The notes under the pieces are model-generated. The model was not told the origin of the DNA. It made no database searches and was given only the letters and a program-made list of their open reading frames with translations. Shown here in pieces: positions 53,843 through 63,529 of a stretch of 64,000 nt of DNA; positions within the stretch are counted from its first letter, which is position 1; every line of letters begins with the position of its first letter. Made by a program: the position numbers and the translations under genes. Source of the stretch: Pseudoxanthomonas sp. (GTDB lineage Bacteria > Pseudomonadota > Gammaproteobacteria > Xanthomonadales > Xanthomonadaceae); assembly GCA_047601105.1 (NCBI GenBank), contig JASGJT010000001.1, positions 492,879-556,878 of the forward strand. Reading direction: 5' to 3'.

Positions 53843-54937
53843 TTACTCCGGCTGGGTTGCGGCGGATTTCGCAGCCGGTGCTTTCAACACCGGGTTGTTG
53901 CTGCGATCGACCGCAATCACCGGCTGGCCTTCGCGCAGCAGATGGCCACCGGCGGCAACCACCCAATCGGTCGCGCTTACACCTTCCAGTACCGGCACGT
54001 CGGCTTCGCCGAACGGCCCAAGCCGCACCGGTCGCGCACGCAAGGTCGCGGTTTTCGCATCGACCACCCACACGCTGGTCGCGCCGCCATCGCCACGCTG
54101 CACGGCGGCCAGCGGCACGCTGAGGGCAGTGGCATCACCTTCGGCCTGCATGAACACGCGCGCGCTCTGGCCCAGCTCCACCGCTTGCGCGGCTTCGCCT
54201 TCCAGCGCCACGCGTGCGGCATAAGTGCGGGTCTGCGCGTCGGCAGCCGGGGCGATTTCGCGGATGCTGGCGGGCAGGCGTTCGCCCGGTGCGCTCCACA
54301 GTTCCACCAGCGCCGGCTGGCCCACGCGGAAATCGCGGATGCGCGCTTCCGGCAAGGCAATGGCCACTTCACGGCCACTGTCGGCAGCCAGGGTGAAGAT
54401 GCCCTGCCCGGCGGCGACCACCTGCCCGGCCTCGGCCAGGCGGCTGGCGATCACGCCATCGCGCGGCGCGCGCAGTTGCGTGTAGGCGGACTGGTTGCTG
54501 GCCACCTCGTATTGCGCCTTGGCAGCGGTGTAGGCGGCCTGTTGCGCATCGAAGGCGGACTGGCTGATCAGTTGTTGCTCGCGCAGCTTGCGGTAGCGCG
54601 CAAGGTCGCCTTCGATGCGGACCAAGTCTGCCTTGGCCGCTTGTGCCTGCAGGCGGTAATCGCCCGGATCCAGTTCCGCCAGTATCTGGCCGCGCTGCAC
54701 GCGTGCGCCGGCATCGACATGGCGGCGAACCAGGTTACCGCCGATGCGGAACGACAGCGGGCTTTCCTCGCGGGCGTGGACTTCACCGGCAAAGGCGGCG
54801 ACGGCGGCGACGCTGCCACCGGGATGCACCACCAGCACCGGGCGGGCGATCTCGGCCGCCTCCTGCTTGCCGCCACAGGCCGACAAGCCGACCACCAGCG
54901 ACACCGCCAATACCCATCCCGCGCTCGCATTTCGCAT
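53843..54937 (-). CDS. RND periplasmic adaptor (membrane fusion) lipoprotein
   Basis: Lipobox LSAC, VDAGARV..GQILAELD, LRAPRDGVI, ADAQTRTY. Confidence 0.92.
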   Translation of the reverse strand: MRNASAGWVLAVSLVVGLSACGGKQEAAEIARPVLVVHPGGSVAAVAAFAGEVHAREESPLSFRIGGNLVRRHVDAGARVQRGQILAELDPGDYRLQAQAAKADLVRIEGDLARYRKLREQQLISQSAFDAQQAAYTAAKAQYEVASNQSAYTQLRAPRDGVIASRLAEAGQVVAAGQGIFTLAADSGREVAIALPEARIRDFRVGQPALVELWSAPGERLPASIREIAPAADAQTRTYAARVALEGEAAQAVELGQSARVFMQAEGDATALSVPLAAVQRGDGGATSVWVVDAKTATLRARPVRLGPFGEADVPVLEGVSATDWVVAAGGHLLREGQPVIAVDRSNNPVLKAPAAKSAATQPE

Positions 54938-54982
54938 TGCCGGTTCCGCCGTCAGATAATGAACTTGGCGGTATGGTATATT

Positions 54983-55004
54983 TACCGAACCGATTGGTCT
55001 AGTA
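54983..55004. promoter_or_regulatory. Possible TetR operator (imperfect palindrome)
   Basis: taccgaaccgattggtctagta; 14 of 22 positions symmetric, between the divergent adaptor and tetR starts. Confidence 0.4.
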
Positions 55005-55012
55005 TTGAATTC

Positions 55013-55696
55013 ATGAGCCGTCGCACCACTACGCCCGCAGCCGCCAAGCCCGACTCCAACCCGAAGCCTGCCTCCAAATCCGCCATCGGCCCCGGCCGCC
55101 CCAAGGATCTGGGCAAGCGCGCCGCGATCCTGGAAGCGGCCAAGCAATTGTTCGTAGGCGAAGGCTACGGCGTCAGCATGGACCAGATCGCCGCCGCCGC
55201 AGGTGTCTCCAAGCTGACCGTTTACAGCCATTTCGGCGACAAGGAAGCCCTGTTCACCGAGGCCGTGCGCATCAAGTGCGATGAATTGCTGCCCAAAGAA
55301 CTGCTGTTGCCGGCCCCCAACGTGCCGCTGCGCGAGCAATTGCTGGCAATTGCGCGTGCGTTCTTCGCCCTGGTCAGCAACGACGAGGCGCTGTCGATGC
55401 AACGCATGCTGTTGTCGCCGTCGCAAACCGACGCGCGCGTGCGCGAGATGTTCTGGAGCGCCGGCCCGCAGCCTACGGTTGATGCTTTTTCGGCGCTGCT
55501 GCAAGCACGCCGCGAGGCGGACGAACTGGCCATCGACGACATCGACCGCGCCGCACACCAGTTCCTGTGCCTGGTCAAGGGCGACCCGCACCACCGCCTG
55601 CTGTGCGGACTGGGCAACCCGCCCAGCCAAGCCGAGATCGACGCCCACCTCAACGCCACCGTGGATTTCTTCCTGCGCGCCTGCGCCCCACACTGA
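55013..55696 (+). CDS. TetR/AcrR-family regulator
   Basis: KRAAILEAAKQLF...SMDQIAAAAGVSKLTVYSHFGDKEALF. Confidence 0.95.
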   Translation: MSRRTTTPAAAKPDSNPKPASKSAIGPGRPKDLGKRAAILEAAKQLFVGEGYGVSMDQIAAAAGVSKLTVYSHFGDKEALFTEAVRIKCDELLPKELLLPAPNVPLREQLLAIARAFFALVSNDEALSMQRMLLSPSQTDARVREMFWSAGPQPTVDAFSALLQARREADELAIDDIDRAAHQFLCLVKGDPHHRLLCGLGNPPSQAEIDAHLNATVDFFLRACAPH

Positions 55697-55814
55697 ACCG
55701 AACCAGCCACGCCATTGGTCGCAGTGACCAATGGCACGCGGCCCCAATCCCCACCACCGCCATGCTGGGCGTGGCCCGGTAGAATAGCCAACCCCCTGCA
55801 TCCTCCTCGCCGCC

Positions 55815-56471
55815 ATGACGATCAACTACACCCAAGCCCGCGAATTGATGGTTGAACAGCAAGTCCGTCCCTGGGATGTGCTGGACATGCGCGTGCTCGA
55901 CGTGCTTTCAACACTGCCGCGTGAAGCCTTCGTGCCGGAAATCCACCGCGCCCTGGCCTATACCGACATCGAACTGCCGCTGGGCCACGGCCAGCGCATG
56001 ATGAAGCCGGTGGTCGAAGGTCGCGTGCTGCAGGCGCTGGCGCTGCAGCCAGAAGAAGACGTGCTGGAAATCGGCAGCGGCAGCGGTTTCCTGAGCGCCT
56101 GCCTCGGTGCACTGGCCCGCGACGTGCTGAGCCTGGAAATCTCGCCGGAACTGGCCGCCAGCGCGCGCGCCAACCTCGATGCCGCCGGCCTGGGCCACAA
56201 CGTCCGCATCGAAACCGCCGACGTTTTTGCGTGGGAAACCGAACGCCGCTTCGACGCGATCTGCGTCACCGGTGCCTGCGCGGCCGTGCCGCAAGCCTTC
56301 GCCAAATGGCTGCGCCCCGGCGGCCGCCTGTTCGCCATCCACGGCCAGTCGCCGGTGATGGAAGCGGTGCTGCTGCACAACGAGGTCAACGGATCGCGCA
56401 TCGAATCGTTGTTCGAAACCGACCTGCCGTATCTGACCGGCGCCGCCCCCGCGCCCAAATTCGTTTTCTGA
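55815..56471 (+). CDS. pcm: Protein-L-isoaspartate O-methyltransferase family protein
   Basis: MVEQQVRPWDV, PREAFVP, VLEIGSGSGF SAM motif, LRPGGRL; upstream of tolC. Confidence 0.9.
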   Translation: MTINYTQARELMVEQQVRPWDVLDMRVLDVLSTLPREAFVPEIHRALAYTDIELPLGHGQRMMKPVVEGRVLQALALQPEEDVLEIGSGSGFLSACLGALARDVLSLEISPELAASARANLDAAGLGHNVRIETADVFAWETERRFDAICVTGACAAVPQAFAKWLRPGGRLFAIHGQSPVMEAVLLHNEVNGSRIESLFETDLPYLTGAAPAPKFVF

Positions 56472-56483
56472 GAAGGAACCCGC

Positions 56484-57836
56484 ATGAGCCGCCGCCCCCT
56501 CTTCCTCGCGCTCGCCCTGCCGCTGTCGCTGCTGGCCACCCATGCCGGTGCCACCGACCTGATGCAGACCTACGAGCTGGCCCGCACCGGCGACACCACG
56601 CTGTCGATCAGCGAATCCACCGCCTTGATCGACAAGGAAAGCAAGGTGCAGGCGCGCGCCGCACTGCTGCCGCAACTGAGCGGCAGTGCCAGCCTGGGCC
56701 AAAGCCATTCGATCGAACCCTCCAGTCCGGCCGGTGACGGACGCAGCCGCAAGTTCGGCGTTTCGCTGGGCCAGACCATTTTCGACTGGAGCAGCATCGC
56801 CAACCTGCGCGCCAGCAGCGCCATCGCCAAGGCCGCCGACTACGACCTGGCCTCGGCCAACAGCAACCTGATCGTGCGCACCTCGGCCAGCTATTTCGAC
56901 GTGCTGATCGGCATCGAATCACTGGCCGCCGCCGAAACCAACGAAGCCGCTGCCAAGAAGCAATACGACTACGCGCAGAAACGCCTGGACGTGGGCCTGG
57001 CCCCGATCACCGACGTGCACGAAGCCCGCGCCGAATACGACAGCGCCCGCGCCAACACCATCCTGGCACGCAATGCGCTGGATGACTCCTACCGCGCCCT
57101 GACCGAACTGACCGGCCAGCCGATCGCCAACCTGCAGGCCCTGCCCGACGACTTCCGCCCGGAACTGCCGTCGGCGCAATCGGCGCAGGACTGGGTCGAA
57201 CACGCACTGGCGCAGAACCCGGACCTGAAATCAGCCGAATACAATCTGGAATCGGCCCAGCACAACGTTTCCAGCGCACGCGGCGGCCACTACCCGTCGC
57301 TGGATCTGAGCGCCGGCTGGAGCAAAAGCAGCAACTGGTGGGAAAACGGCCTGTATTCGGGCGATGACAGCCGTGGCACCAGCATCGGCCTGAGCCTGAG
57401 CGTGCCGATCTTCTCCGGCGGCGCGACCCAGTCGCGCGTGCGCTCGGCCCTGGCCCGCCGCGACCAGGCCCAGGACGGCCTGGAAGCCACCCGCCGCACT
57501 TTGGTGCGCAACACCAGCAGCGCTTATCAGGCCTTGGTGGCCGGTGTCAGCGAAGTCGAAGCACGCCGCCTGGCCGTCGTGTCCGCACAAAGCGCCTACG
57601 ACGCCTCGCAAGTGGGCCTGGAAGTCGGCACCCGCACCGTGCTGGACGTGCTGCAGAACCAGCGCGCGCTGTTCCAGGCGCAGGTGAACTATGCCTCGTC
57701 GAAGTACCAGTTCCTGCAGAACCGCCTGCTGCTGGAACAAGCCGCCGGCAGCCTCGACGTGCAGGACGTGCAGGACGTCAACCGCCTGCTGACCGTCAGC
57801 GCCGATGCCAAGCTGTCCAGCGGTTTGACGCAGTAA
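56484..57836 (+). CDS. tolC: TolC-family outer membrane channel
   Basis: Signal peptide, ARAALLPQL, HYPSLDL, VPIFSGG, VGTRTVLDVL repeats. Confidence 0.95.
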   Translation: MSRRPLFLALALPLSLLATHAGATDLMQTYELARTGDTTLSISESTALIDKESKVQARAALLPQLSGSASLGQSHSIEPSSPAGDGRSRKFGVSLGQTIFDWSSIANLRASSAIAKAADYDLASANSNLIVRTSASYFDVLIGIESLAAAETNEAAAKKQYDYAQKRLDVGLAPITDVHEARAEYDSARANTILARNALDDSYRALTELTGQPIANLQALPDDFRPELPSAQSAQDWVEHALAQNPDLKSAEYNLESAQHNVSSARGGHYPSLDLSAGWSKSSNWWENGLYSGDDSRGTSIGLSLSVPIFSGGATQSRVRSALARRDQAQDGLEATRRTLVRNTSSAYQALVAGVSEVEARRLAVVSAQSAYDASQVGLEVGTRTVLDVLQNQRALFQAQVNYASSKYQFLQNRLLLEQAAGSLDVQDVQDVNRLLTVSADAKLSSGLTQ

Positions 57837-57860
57837 GCCATCAGCGAAATCGTTTCACGA

Positions 57861-57890
57861 AAGCGGCGGGCCTTGGCCCGCCGTTTTTTT
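57861..57890 (+). terminator. Rho-independent terminator after tolC
   Basis: gcggcgggcc-tt-ggcccgccgt stem-loop and T7. Confidence 0.8.
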
Positions 57891-57928
57891 GCTCGTCATT
57901 CCCGCGAAAGCAGGAATGACGAGCAAAA
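57887..57928. repeat. REP-like palindrome
   Basis: ttttgctcgtcattcc-cgcgaaagca-ggaatgacgagcaaaa. Confidence 0.88.
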
Positions 57929-57940
57929 ACATGGTTTCCA

Positions 57941-58834
57941 TCAGACTTCGCGCAGCAACTGTTCCACCTCTTCACGCTTCGGGATGCTGGCCTGCGCGCC
58001 CAGCTGTGTGCAGGTGAGCGCAGCAGCGGCGCTGGCTTCGCGCAGCGCGGCTTGCATTGGGGTACGACGGTTCAACGCCGCAACCAGTACGCCGCAGAAG
58101 GTGTCGCCGGCGGCGGTGGTATCCAGTGCTTCCACCGCGAAGGAGGATTGCTCGATGATCGCGCCTGCCTGCCTGGCGATGCAGCCGCGCGAACCCAGCG
58201 TCACCACCACGACCGGCACGCGCAGGCGCGAGAGCTTTTCCGCAACATCGCCCTGCGCACCAACGATGGCATCCAGCTCGCCTTCGTTGACGATCAACAG
58301 GTCCAGCGCGTCGAGCAATTCTGCCGGCAACGATTGCGCAGGCGCGGCATTCAGCGCCACGCGCACGCCAGCCGCGCGTACCTGTTGCGCGCAACCGAGC
58401 ACGGTCGGCAACGGCGTTTCCAGTTGCAGCAACAGCCAACCGACGCCATCCAGCGATGGCAGGTGCTGCGGCAGCAAGGCCATGTTCGCTCCGGGGGCGA
58501 CGGTGATCGCGTTCTCGGCGTTGTCGGCCACGCAGATGAAGGCCGCGCCGCTGGGCTGTTCGCTGCGCACGGTGTGCAATTGCACGCCGGCATCGCGCAA
58601 CGAGGCTTCCATTGCACGGGCCGCATCGTCATCGCCCAGCGCCAGCAGCATGCGCGTTTGCGCACCGCCTGCACGCGCACATGCGACCGCCTGGTTGGCA
58701 CCCTTGCCGCCGGGAAAGGTGGCGAATTCGCGGCCCAGCACGGTTTCGCCCGGCGCCGGCACATGCGCGGCGCGCACCACGAAATCGAGGTTGGCCGAGC
58801 CGGCGACCAGTACGGCAAGGTGCGATGCGTTCAT
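57941..58834 (-). CDS. rbsK: Ribokinase (PfkB family)
   Basis: GSANLD, PGGKGANQAVA, LLQLETP, IVNEGE, DTTAAGDTFCG. Confidence 0.9.
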   Translation of the reverse strand: MNASHLAVLVAGSANLDFVVRAAHVPAPGETVLGREFATFPGGKGANQAVACARAGGAQTRMLLALGDDDAARAMEASLRDAGVQLHTVRSEQPSGAAFICVADNAENAITVAPGANMALLPQHLPSLDGVGWLLLQLETPLPTVLGCAQQVRAAGVRVALNAAPAQSLPAELLDALDLLIVNEGELDAIVGAQGDVAEKLSRLRVPVVVVTLGSRGCIARQAGAIIEQSSFAVEALDTTAAGDTFCGVLVAALNRRTPMQAALREASAAAALTCTQLGAQASIPKREEVEQLLREV

Positions 58835-58838
58835 CGTT

Positions 58839-60896
58839 TCAACCCGCCATGCCGCCGTGGCGCAACAAGGCATCGATCTTCGGCGCGCGGCCGCGGAAGG
58901 CGCGGAAGTTGTCGGCCGCGCTGCGACTGCCGCCGCGCGACAGCACTTCATGGCGGAAGCGCGCGCCGGTTTCGGCGATCTTCTCCGGCGCTTCCTCGAA
59001 CGCCGCATAAGCATCGGCGCTCAGCACTTCGGCCCATTTGTAGCTGTAATAACCGGCCGCGTAGCCGCCGGAAAAAATGTGGCCGAACTGGTGCGGAAAG
59101 CGCGCCCACGCTGGCGGGATGTTCACTGCCACTTCGCTGCGCACATCCTGCAGCAAGGCCATCACCTCGTCCTTCGCCGGGTTGAAGCGCGTGTGCAGCA
59201 ACAGGTCGAACAGCCCGAATTCCAATTGCCGAACGGTCTGCATCCCGCTCTGGAAATTCTTTGCCGCGACCATCTTGTCGAACAGCTCGCGCGGCAACGG
59301 CTCGCCGGTTTCGGCATGCGCGGTCATCGCCTGCACGCGCTGCCATTCCCAGCAAAAGTTCTCCATGAACTGGCTCGGCAATTCCACCGCATCCCATTCG
59401 ACACCGTTGATGCCGGCCACCGGCAGTTCGCCGACTTCGGTCAGCAACTGGTGCAGGCCGTGGCCCATTTCATGGAACAGGGTGATGACCTCGGTGTGGC
59501 GGAACGTGGCTGGCTGGCCGGCATTGCCCTTGCCGAAATTGCAGACCAGATACACGACGGGCGTTTGAACAGCCTGCGCCTGCACGCCGTCGTGCTTGTC
59601 GCGGCGATTTCGGCAATCGTTCATCCACGCACCACCGCGCTTGCCTTCGCGTGCGTACAGGTCCAGATAGAACTGGCCGACCAGCGAACCGTCCTTGTTG
59701 ATGATGCGGAAAAAACGTACATCTTCATGCCAGACCGGCGCGTTGTCGGCTTGCACTTGTACGCCGTACAACGTTTCGATGACACCAAACAAACCGGCCA
59801 GCACTTTCGGTTCGGTGAAATACGGTTTCACTTCCTGCTCGGAAAAGCTGTAACGCGCCTGCTTGAGTTTTTCGCTGGCATAGGAAACATCCCAGGCTTC
59901 CAGCGCATTCAATCCAAGATTCTCGCGCGCGAAACTTTCCAGTTCGGCACGGTCGCGCTGCGCAAACGGCTTGGCGCGTGCGCCGAGGTCGCGCAGGAAG
60001 GCCAGCGCTTCGTCGGCATCCTTCGCCATCTTGGTTTCCAGCGAATACGCGGCGTAATCGGCAAACCCCAACAGCGCGGCCAACTCCGCGCGCAGTGTCA
60101 GCAACTTGCGGATGATGTCGCTGTTGTCCAGCGCCGGGTTGTCGCCCTGGTCGGACGCGCGCACCGCGTAGGCGCGATACACCTGCTCGCGCAGCGCGCG
60201 GTCGTCGGCGTGGGCCAGCAGCGGCAGGTAGCTGGGTGCTTGCAGGGTGAATTTCCAGCCGCATCTGTTGCCAGGTTTGTCGTGCTCTTTTTCGGCGGCG
60301 GCACGGGCGGCAGTGACCACTTCGGCCGGCAGGCCGGCCAAGCGCGTTTCGTCCTCGACGATCAGCGACCACGCATCGGTGGCATCAAGCAGGTTTTCGG
60401 AAAACTTCGACGACAGCGCGGCCAGTTCTTCCTGCACCTGCGCAAAGCGTGCTTTCTTGTCTTCGGGCAATTCCGCGCCGCCGAGGCGGAAATTGCGTAG
60501 TTCATTCTCGACGGCCTTGCGCCGCGCATCGCTTGCATCGGCAAATTCCGGCGCTTCGGACAATTGCCTGTATTGGCCGAACAACGCCAGATTCTGGCTC
60601 AGCGCGGTGCCGAAGCGCGTCACCTTGGGCAGGTTGTCGTTGTAGGCGGCGCGCAGTTCCGGCGTGTTGGCCACGGCTTGCAGGTGGCCGACCACGCCCC
60701 AGGCGCGCCACAGTTTCTCGGTGGCGTCGTCGATGGGCACGACGAAGTTTTCCCAGCTGACCGGGGAGATGGTTTCGGCAGCCTTCACTGCGGCTTCGGC
60801 CTCGGCGATCAATTGGTCGATGGCCGGGGCAATGTGTTCAGGCCGGATTTCGTCGAAACGCGGCAGGCCGGAGAAATCGAGCAGTGGGTTGGTCAT
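58839..60896 (-). CDS. prlC: Oligopeptidase A (M3 family)
   Basis: MTNPLLDF, KRGGAWM, FHEMGHGLH (HExxH), VELPSQFMEN, YAAGYYSYKWAE. Confidence 0.95.
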   Translation of the reverse strand: MTNPLLDFSGLPRFDEIRPEHIAPAIDQLIAEAEAAVKAAETISPVSWENFVVPIDDATEKLWRAWGVVGHLQAVANTPELRAAYNDNLPKVTRFGTALSQNLALFGQYRQLSEAPEFADASDARRKAVENELRNFRLGGAELPEDKKARFAQVQEELAALSSKFSENLLDATDAWSLIVEDETRLAGLPAEVVTAARAAAEKEHDKPGNRCGWKFTLQAPSYLPLLAHADDRALREQVYRAYAVRASDQGDNPALDNSDIIRKLLTLRAELAALLGFADYAAYSLETKMAKDADEALAFLRDLGARAKPFAQRDRAELESFARENLGLNALEAWDVSYASEKLKQARYSFSEQEVKPYFTEPKVLAGLFGVIETLYGVQVQADNAPVWHEDVRFFRIINKDGSLVGQFYLDLYAREGKRGGAWMNDCRNRRDKHDGVQAQAVQTPVVYLVCNFGKGNAGQPATFRHTEVITLFHEMGHGLHQLLTEVGELPVAGINGVEWDAVELPSQFMENFCWEWQRVQAMTAHAETGEPLPRELFDKMVAAKNFQSGMQTVRQLEFGLFDLLLHTRFNPAKDEVMALLQDVRSEVAVNIPPAWARFPHQFGHIFSGGYAAGYYSYKWAEVLSADAYAAFEEAPEKIAETGARFRHEVLSRGGSRSAADNFRAFRGRAPKIDALLRHGGMAG

Positions 60897-60973
60897 GGGG
60901 GCTGGCTGTCGGGTTGTTGGTTATTGGGAGCAGGATGATGGCGGAGTGCGGGTAATCCAAGGCCTACCGCTTC

Positions 60974-61043
60974 TTTCTCGTCATTCCCGCGAAGCATTTC
61001 ACAACAGCCGAATGGCTGATCAAGCGGGAATGACGAGCAAAAA
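60974..61043. repeat. REP-like palindrome with a replaced interior
   Basis: ctcgtcattcccgc (60977-60990) ... gcgggaatgacgag (61024-61037) then caaaaa. Confidence 0.85.
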
Positions 61044-61048
61044 GCCAG

Positions 61049-62173
61049 TCAATCCTCTTGCGCCACACAATCCAGCGCCGGCAGGCCGCCGCCGTTGACC
61101 GCCGTGGCGATCGCTGCATCCGGTTCGACCATGTTGATGCGCCGCTGCAGATACCAGTCGCGGTTGTAGTAGCTGTGCGCGTAGCGCTCGCCGCTGTCGC
61201 AGAGGATGCTGACGATGGAGCCATCGCGGCCGGCCTCGCGCATGCGTTGCGCGGCAGACAGCACGCCGACGAAGTTGGTGCCGGTACTGCCGCCGACACG
61301 GCGGCCCAAGCTGGCACTGACCCAGCGCATCGCCGCCAGGGACAGGTCATCCGGCACCTTGACCATCGCGTCGATGCAGCCGGGCACGAAGCTGGCCTCC
61401 ACGCGCGGGCGGCCGATGCCTTCGACCCGCGAGCCGTTGGGGATCGACAATGCGACATCACCGCAGCCATCCAGCACATCGCGGTAGTAATCGAAGAACA
61501 CCGAGATTTCCGGATCCGCGCACAGGATCTGCGTGTCGTGGCGGCGATAGCGCACGTAGCGGCCCAACGTCGCGGCGGTGCCGCCGGTGCCGGGGCTGCA
61601 CACGATCCAGTCGGGGATCGGGTGCGGTTCGCGCTCCATCTGCCGGAAGATCGATTCGGCGATGTTGTTGTTGGCGCGCCAGTCGGTGGCGCGTTCGGCA
61701 TAGGTGAACTGGTCCATGAAGTGGCCGCCGGTCTCGCGCGCCAGTCGTTGCGATTCGGCATTGAGGCCGCAGGCGCTTTCGATCAGATGACAGCGACCGC
61801 CCTGGAATTCGATCGCGGCGATCTTTTCCGGCGAGGTTGCGCGCGGCATCACCGCGATGAAGGGCAGGCCCAGCAAACGCGCGAAATACGCCTCGGATAC
61901 GGCGGTGGATCCACTGGACGCCTCGATCACCGGCGCGCCTTCGCGCAGCCAGCCGTTGGCCAATGCGTACAGGAACAGCGAGCGCGCCAGCCGGTGCTTG
62001 AGGCTGCCGGTGGGGTGGCTGGATTCGTCCTTCAGATAGATGTCGATGCCGGGAAACCCGGGCAGGGCCAGCGGGATCAGGTGGGTGTCGGCGGAGCGGT
62101 TGAAGTCCGCCTCGATCCGGGCGATGGCCTGCGCGGCCCAAGCGCGCTGGCCGCGTGCACTGTTTGCGGTCAT
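61049..62173 (-). CDS. PLP-dependent cysteine synthase-like / cysteine desulfhydrase family protein
   Basis: [16 protein letters not shown] (PLP Lys), [32 protein letters not shown]. Confidence 0.88.
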   Translation of the reverse strand: MTANSARGQRAWAAQAIARIEADFNRSADTHLIPLALPGFPGIDIYLKDESSHPTGSLKHRLARSLFLYALANGWLREGAPVIEASSGSTAVSEAYFARLLGLPFIAVMPRATSPEKIAAIEFQGGRCHLIESACGLNAESQRLARETGGHFMDQFTYAERATDWRANNNIAESIFRQMEREPHPIPDWIVCSPGTGGTAATLGRYVRYRRHDTQILCADPEISVFFDYYRDVLDGCGDVALSIPNGSRVEGIGRPRVEASFVPGCIDAMVKVPDDLSLAAMRWVSASLGRRVGGSTGTNFVGVLSAAQRMREAGRDGSIVSILCDSGERYAHSYYNRDWYLQRRINMVEPDAAIATAVNGGGLPALDCVAQED

Positions 62174-62261
62174 GGTGGTGTTTGCGGGTTGCCCGGAGGA
62201 CATTCTAGGTTTTTCGTGCCTTGCCGGGGCAGGCGTTGTTTGAGGATGGCTCGAATCGCGC

Positions 62262-62310
62262 GGTTCTTGCTCCTCATTCCGGCACAAGCCGGGATGACGA
62301 GCAAAAAACC
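62262..62310. repeat. Degenerate REP-like palindrome
   Basis: ggttcttgctcctcattccggc-acaa-gccgggatgacgagcaaaaaacc. Confidence 0.78.
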
Positions 62311-62413
62311 GGGCTGCCCAGATCCCCGTTAACGCCGCTTTTCCATTTCGCAAACAACATCATCTCTTTGCAAGGCGCAGGCTTGCGGCATCCGAAGCCA
62401 CCGGAGGTGTGTC

Positions 62414-62611
62414 ATGACCCAGATTTTCAAGGCGCAGGATCAGGCCGGCAACCAATGCCGGGTCATCCAGGTGCTGGAACCGTCCGAAGCGTCCGCCAAT
62501 GCGGCCGTACTCGTTTACAAGCTGGAGGACGGTACGCCGGTGCGGCGCGTCGATAGCGATACCTTCCAGGTGATGGGCACTGGTGCCTACATCACGCTCG
62601 TGGCCGCATGA
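62414..62611 (+). CDS. Small hypothetical protein (65 aa)
   Basis: GGAGG RBS at 62403-62407, GC3-rich codons, beta-strand-like sequence YKLEDGTPVRRVDSDTF. Confidence 0.7.
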   Translation: MTQIFKAQDQAGNQCRVIQVLEPSEASANAAVLVYKLEDGTPVRRVDSDTFQVMGTGAYITLVAA

Positions 62612-62733
62612 CGGCAGCGGGCCGGGAAAACGTGCAGGCACCGCGATGTGCGGATAGCGCCACGACCATGATCAGGCCGGGCCGGGGCCGGTCGCTTATA
62701 GTGGGCAAGTTTCGAGCTTGAGCCTTGCCCTTG

Positions 62734-63447
62734 ATGGCCGAAAACGCAACCACCCCGCTCCCGCCTGCGATCCGCCTTGCCGTTGTCGAGGACGACGAGG
62801 AACTGCGCGAGGAAATCATGCTGCCGGCGCTGCGTGCGGCCGGCTTCGACGTGATCGCGCTGGGCAGCGCCCTGGAGTTGTATCGCCTCTGGGCCAGTTC
62901 GCCGTTCGACCTGGTCTTGCTGGATGCCGGCCTGCCGGACGATGACGGCGTGGAGATTGCGCGGCACCTGCGCAGCTTGTCGCCGTCGCCGGGCCTGGTG
63001 ATGTATACCGGGCGCGGCAGCAATGCCGAGCGCATGCAGGGCTTGCGCGCCGGCGTGGATGCCTACCTGGTGAAGCCGCTGGACATGAACGTCGTCGTCG
63101 AAACCCTGCGCAACGTGTCGCGACGCCTGCCCGACCACGCGGCCGAACCGGTGCAGGGAGGCGGCTGGTCGCTGGAGCGCCAAGGCTGGCGGATGTCGTC
63201 GCCATCCGGCGTTTCCTTCATGCTCAACCAAGCCGAGCGCCAAGTCCTGGGCATGCTGACGGCACAGCCCAACCAACCGATCGACCGCGACACGCTGATC
63301 ACCGCGCTGACCGGCGACGTGGGCGAATTCGACCCGCACCGGCTGGAGATGCTGGTCTATCGCCTGCGCCGCAAATGCCAGGAAGCCACCGGCGAAACCC
63401 TGCCGTTACGTTCGGTGCGCGGCATCGGCTACATGTTCGGGCAATAA
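62734..63447 (+). CDS. OmpR-type response regulator (no kinase in the window)
   Basis: VVEDD, DLVLLDAGLPDDDG, YLVKP receiver motifs; RLEMLVYRLRRK and SVRGIGY winged helix. Confidence 0.9.
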   Translation: MAENATTPLPPAIRLAVVEDDEELREEIMLPALRAAGFDVIALGSALELYRLWASSPFDLVLLDAGLPDDDGVEIARHLRSLSPSPGLVMYTGRGSNAERMQGLRAGVDAYLVKPLDMNVVVETLRNVSRRLPDHAAEPVQGGGWSLERQGWRMSSPSGVSFMLNQAERQVLGMLTAQPNQPIDRDTLITALTGDVGEFDPHRLEMLVYRLRRKCQEATGETLPLRSVRGIGYMFGQ

Positions 63448-63529
63448 CCAACGACGCGGTGCGCAGCAAAGCCCGCGGCGCTGCAGGATCCATGGATAGA
63501 ATGCCCGTTTCCGCACACTTGGAATCCGC

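Noticed and set aside
52679-55012. 1005-aa ORF as a giant TetR fusion
   Set aside because: The first 778 codons are antisense to the RND and adaptor genes; TetR starts at 55013.
57873-60500. 875-aa plus-strand ORF
   Set aside because: Antisense shadow of rbsK and prlC.
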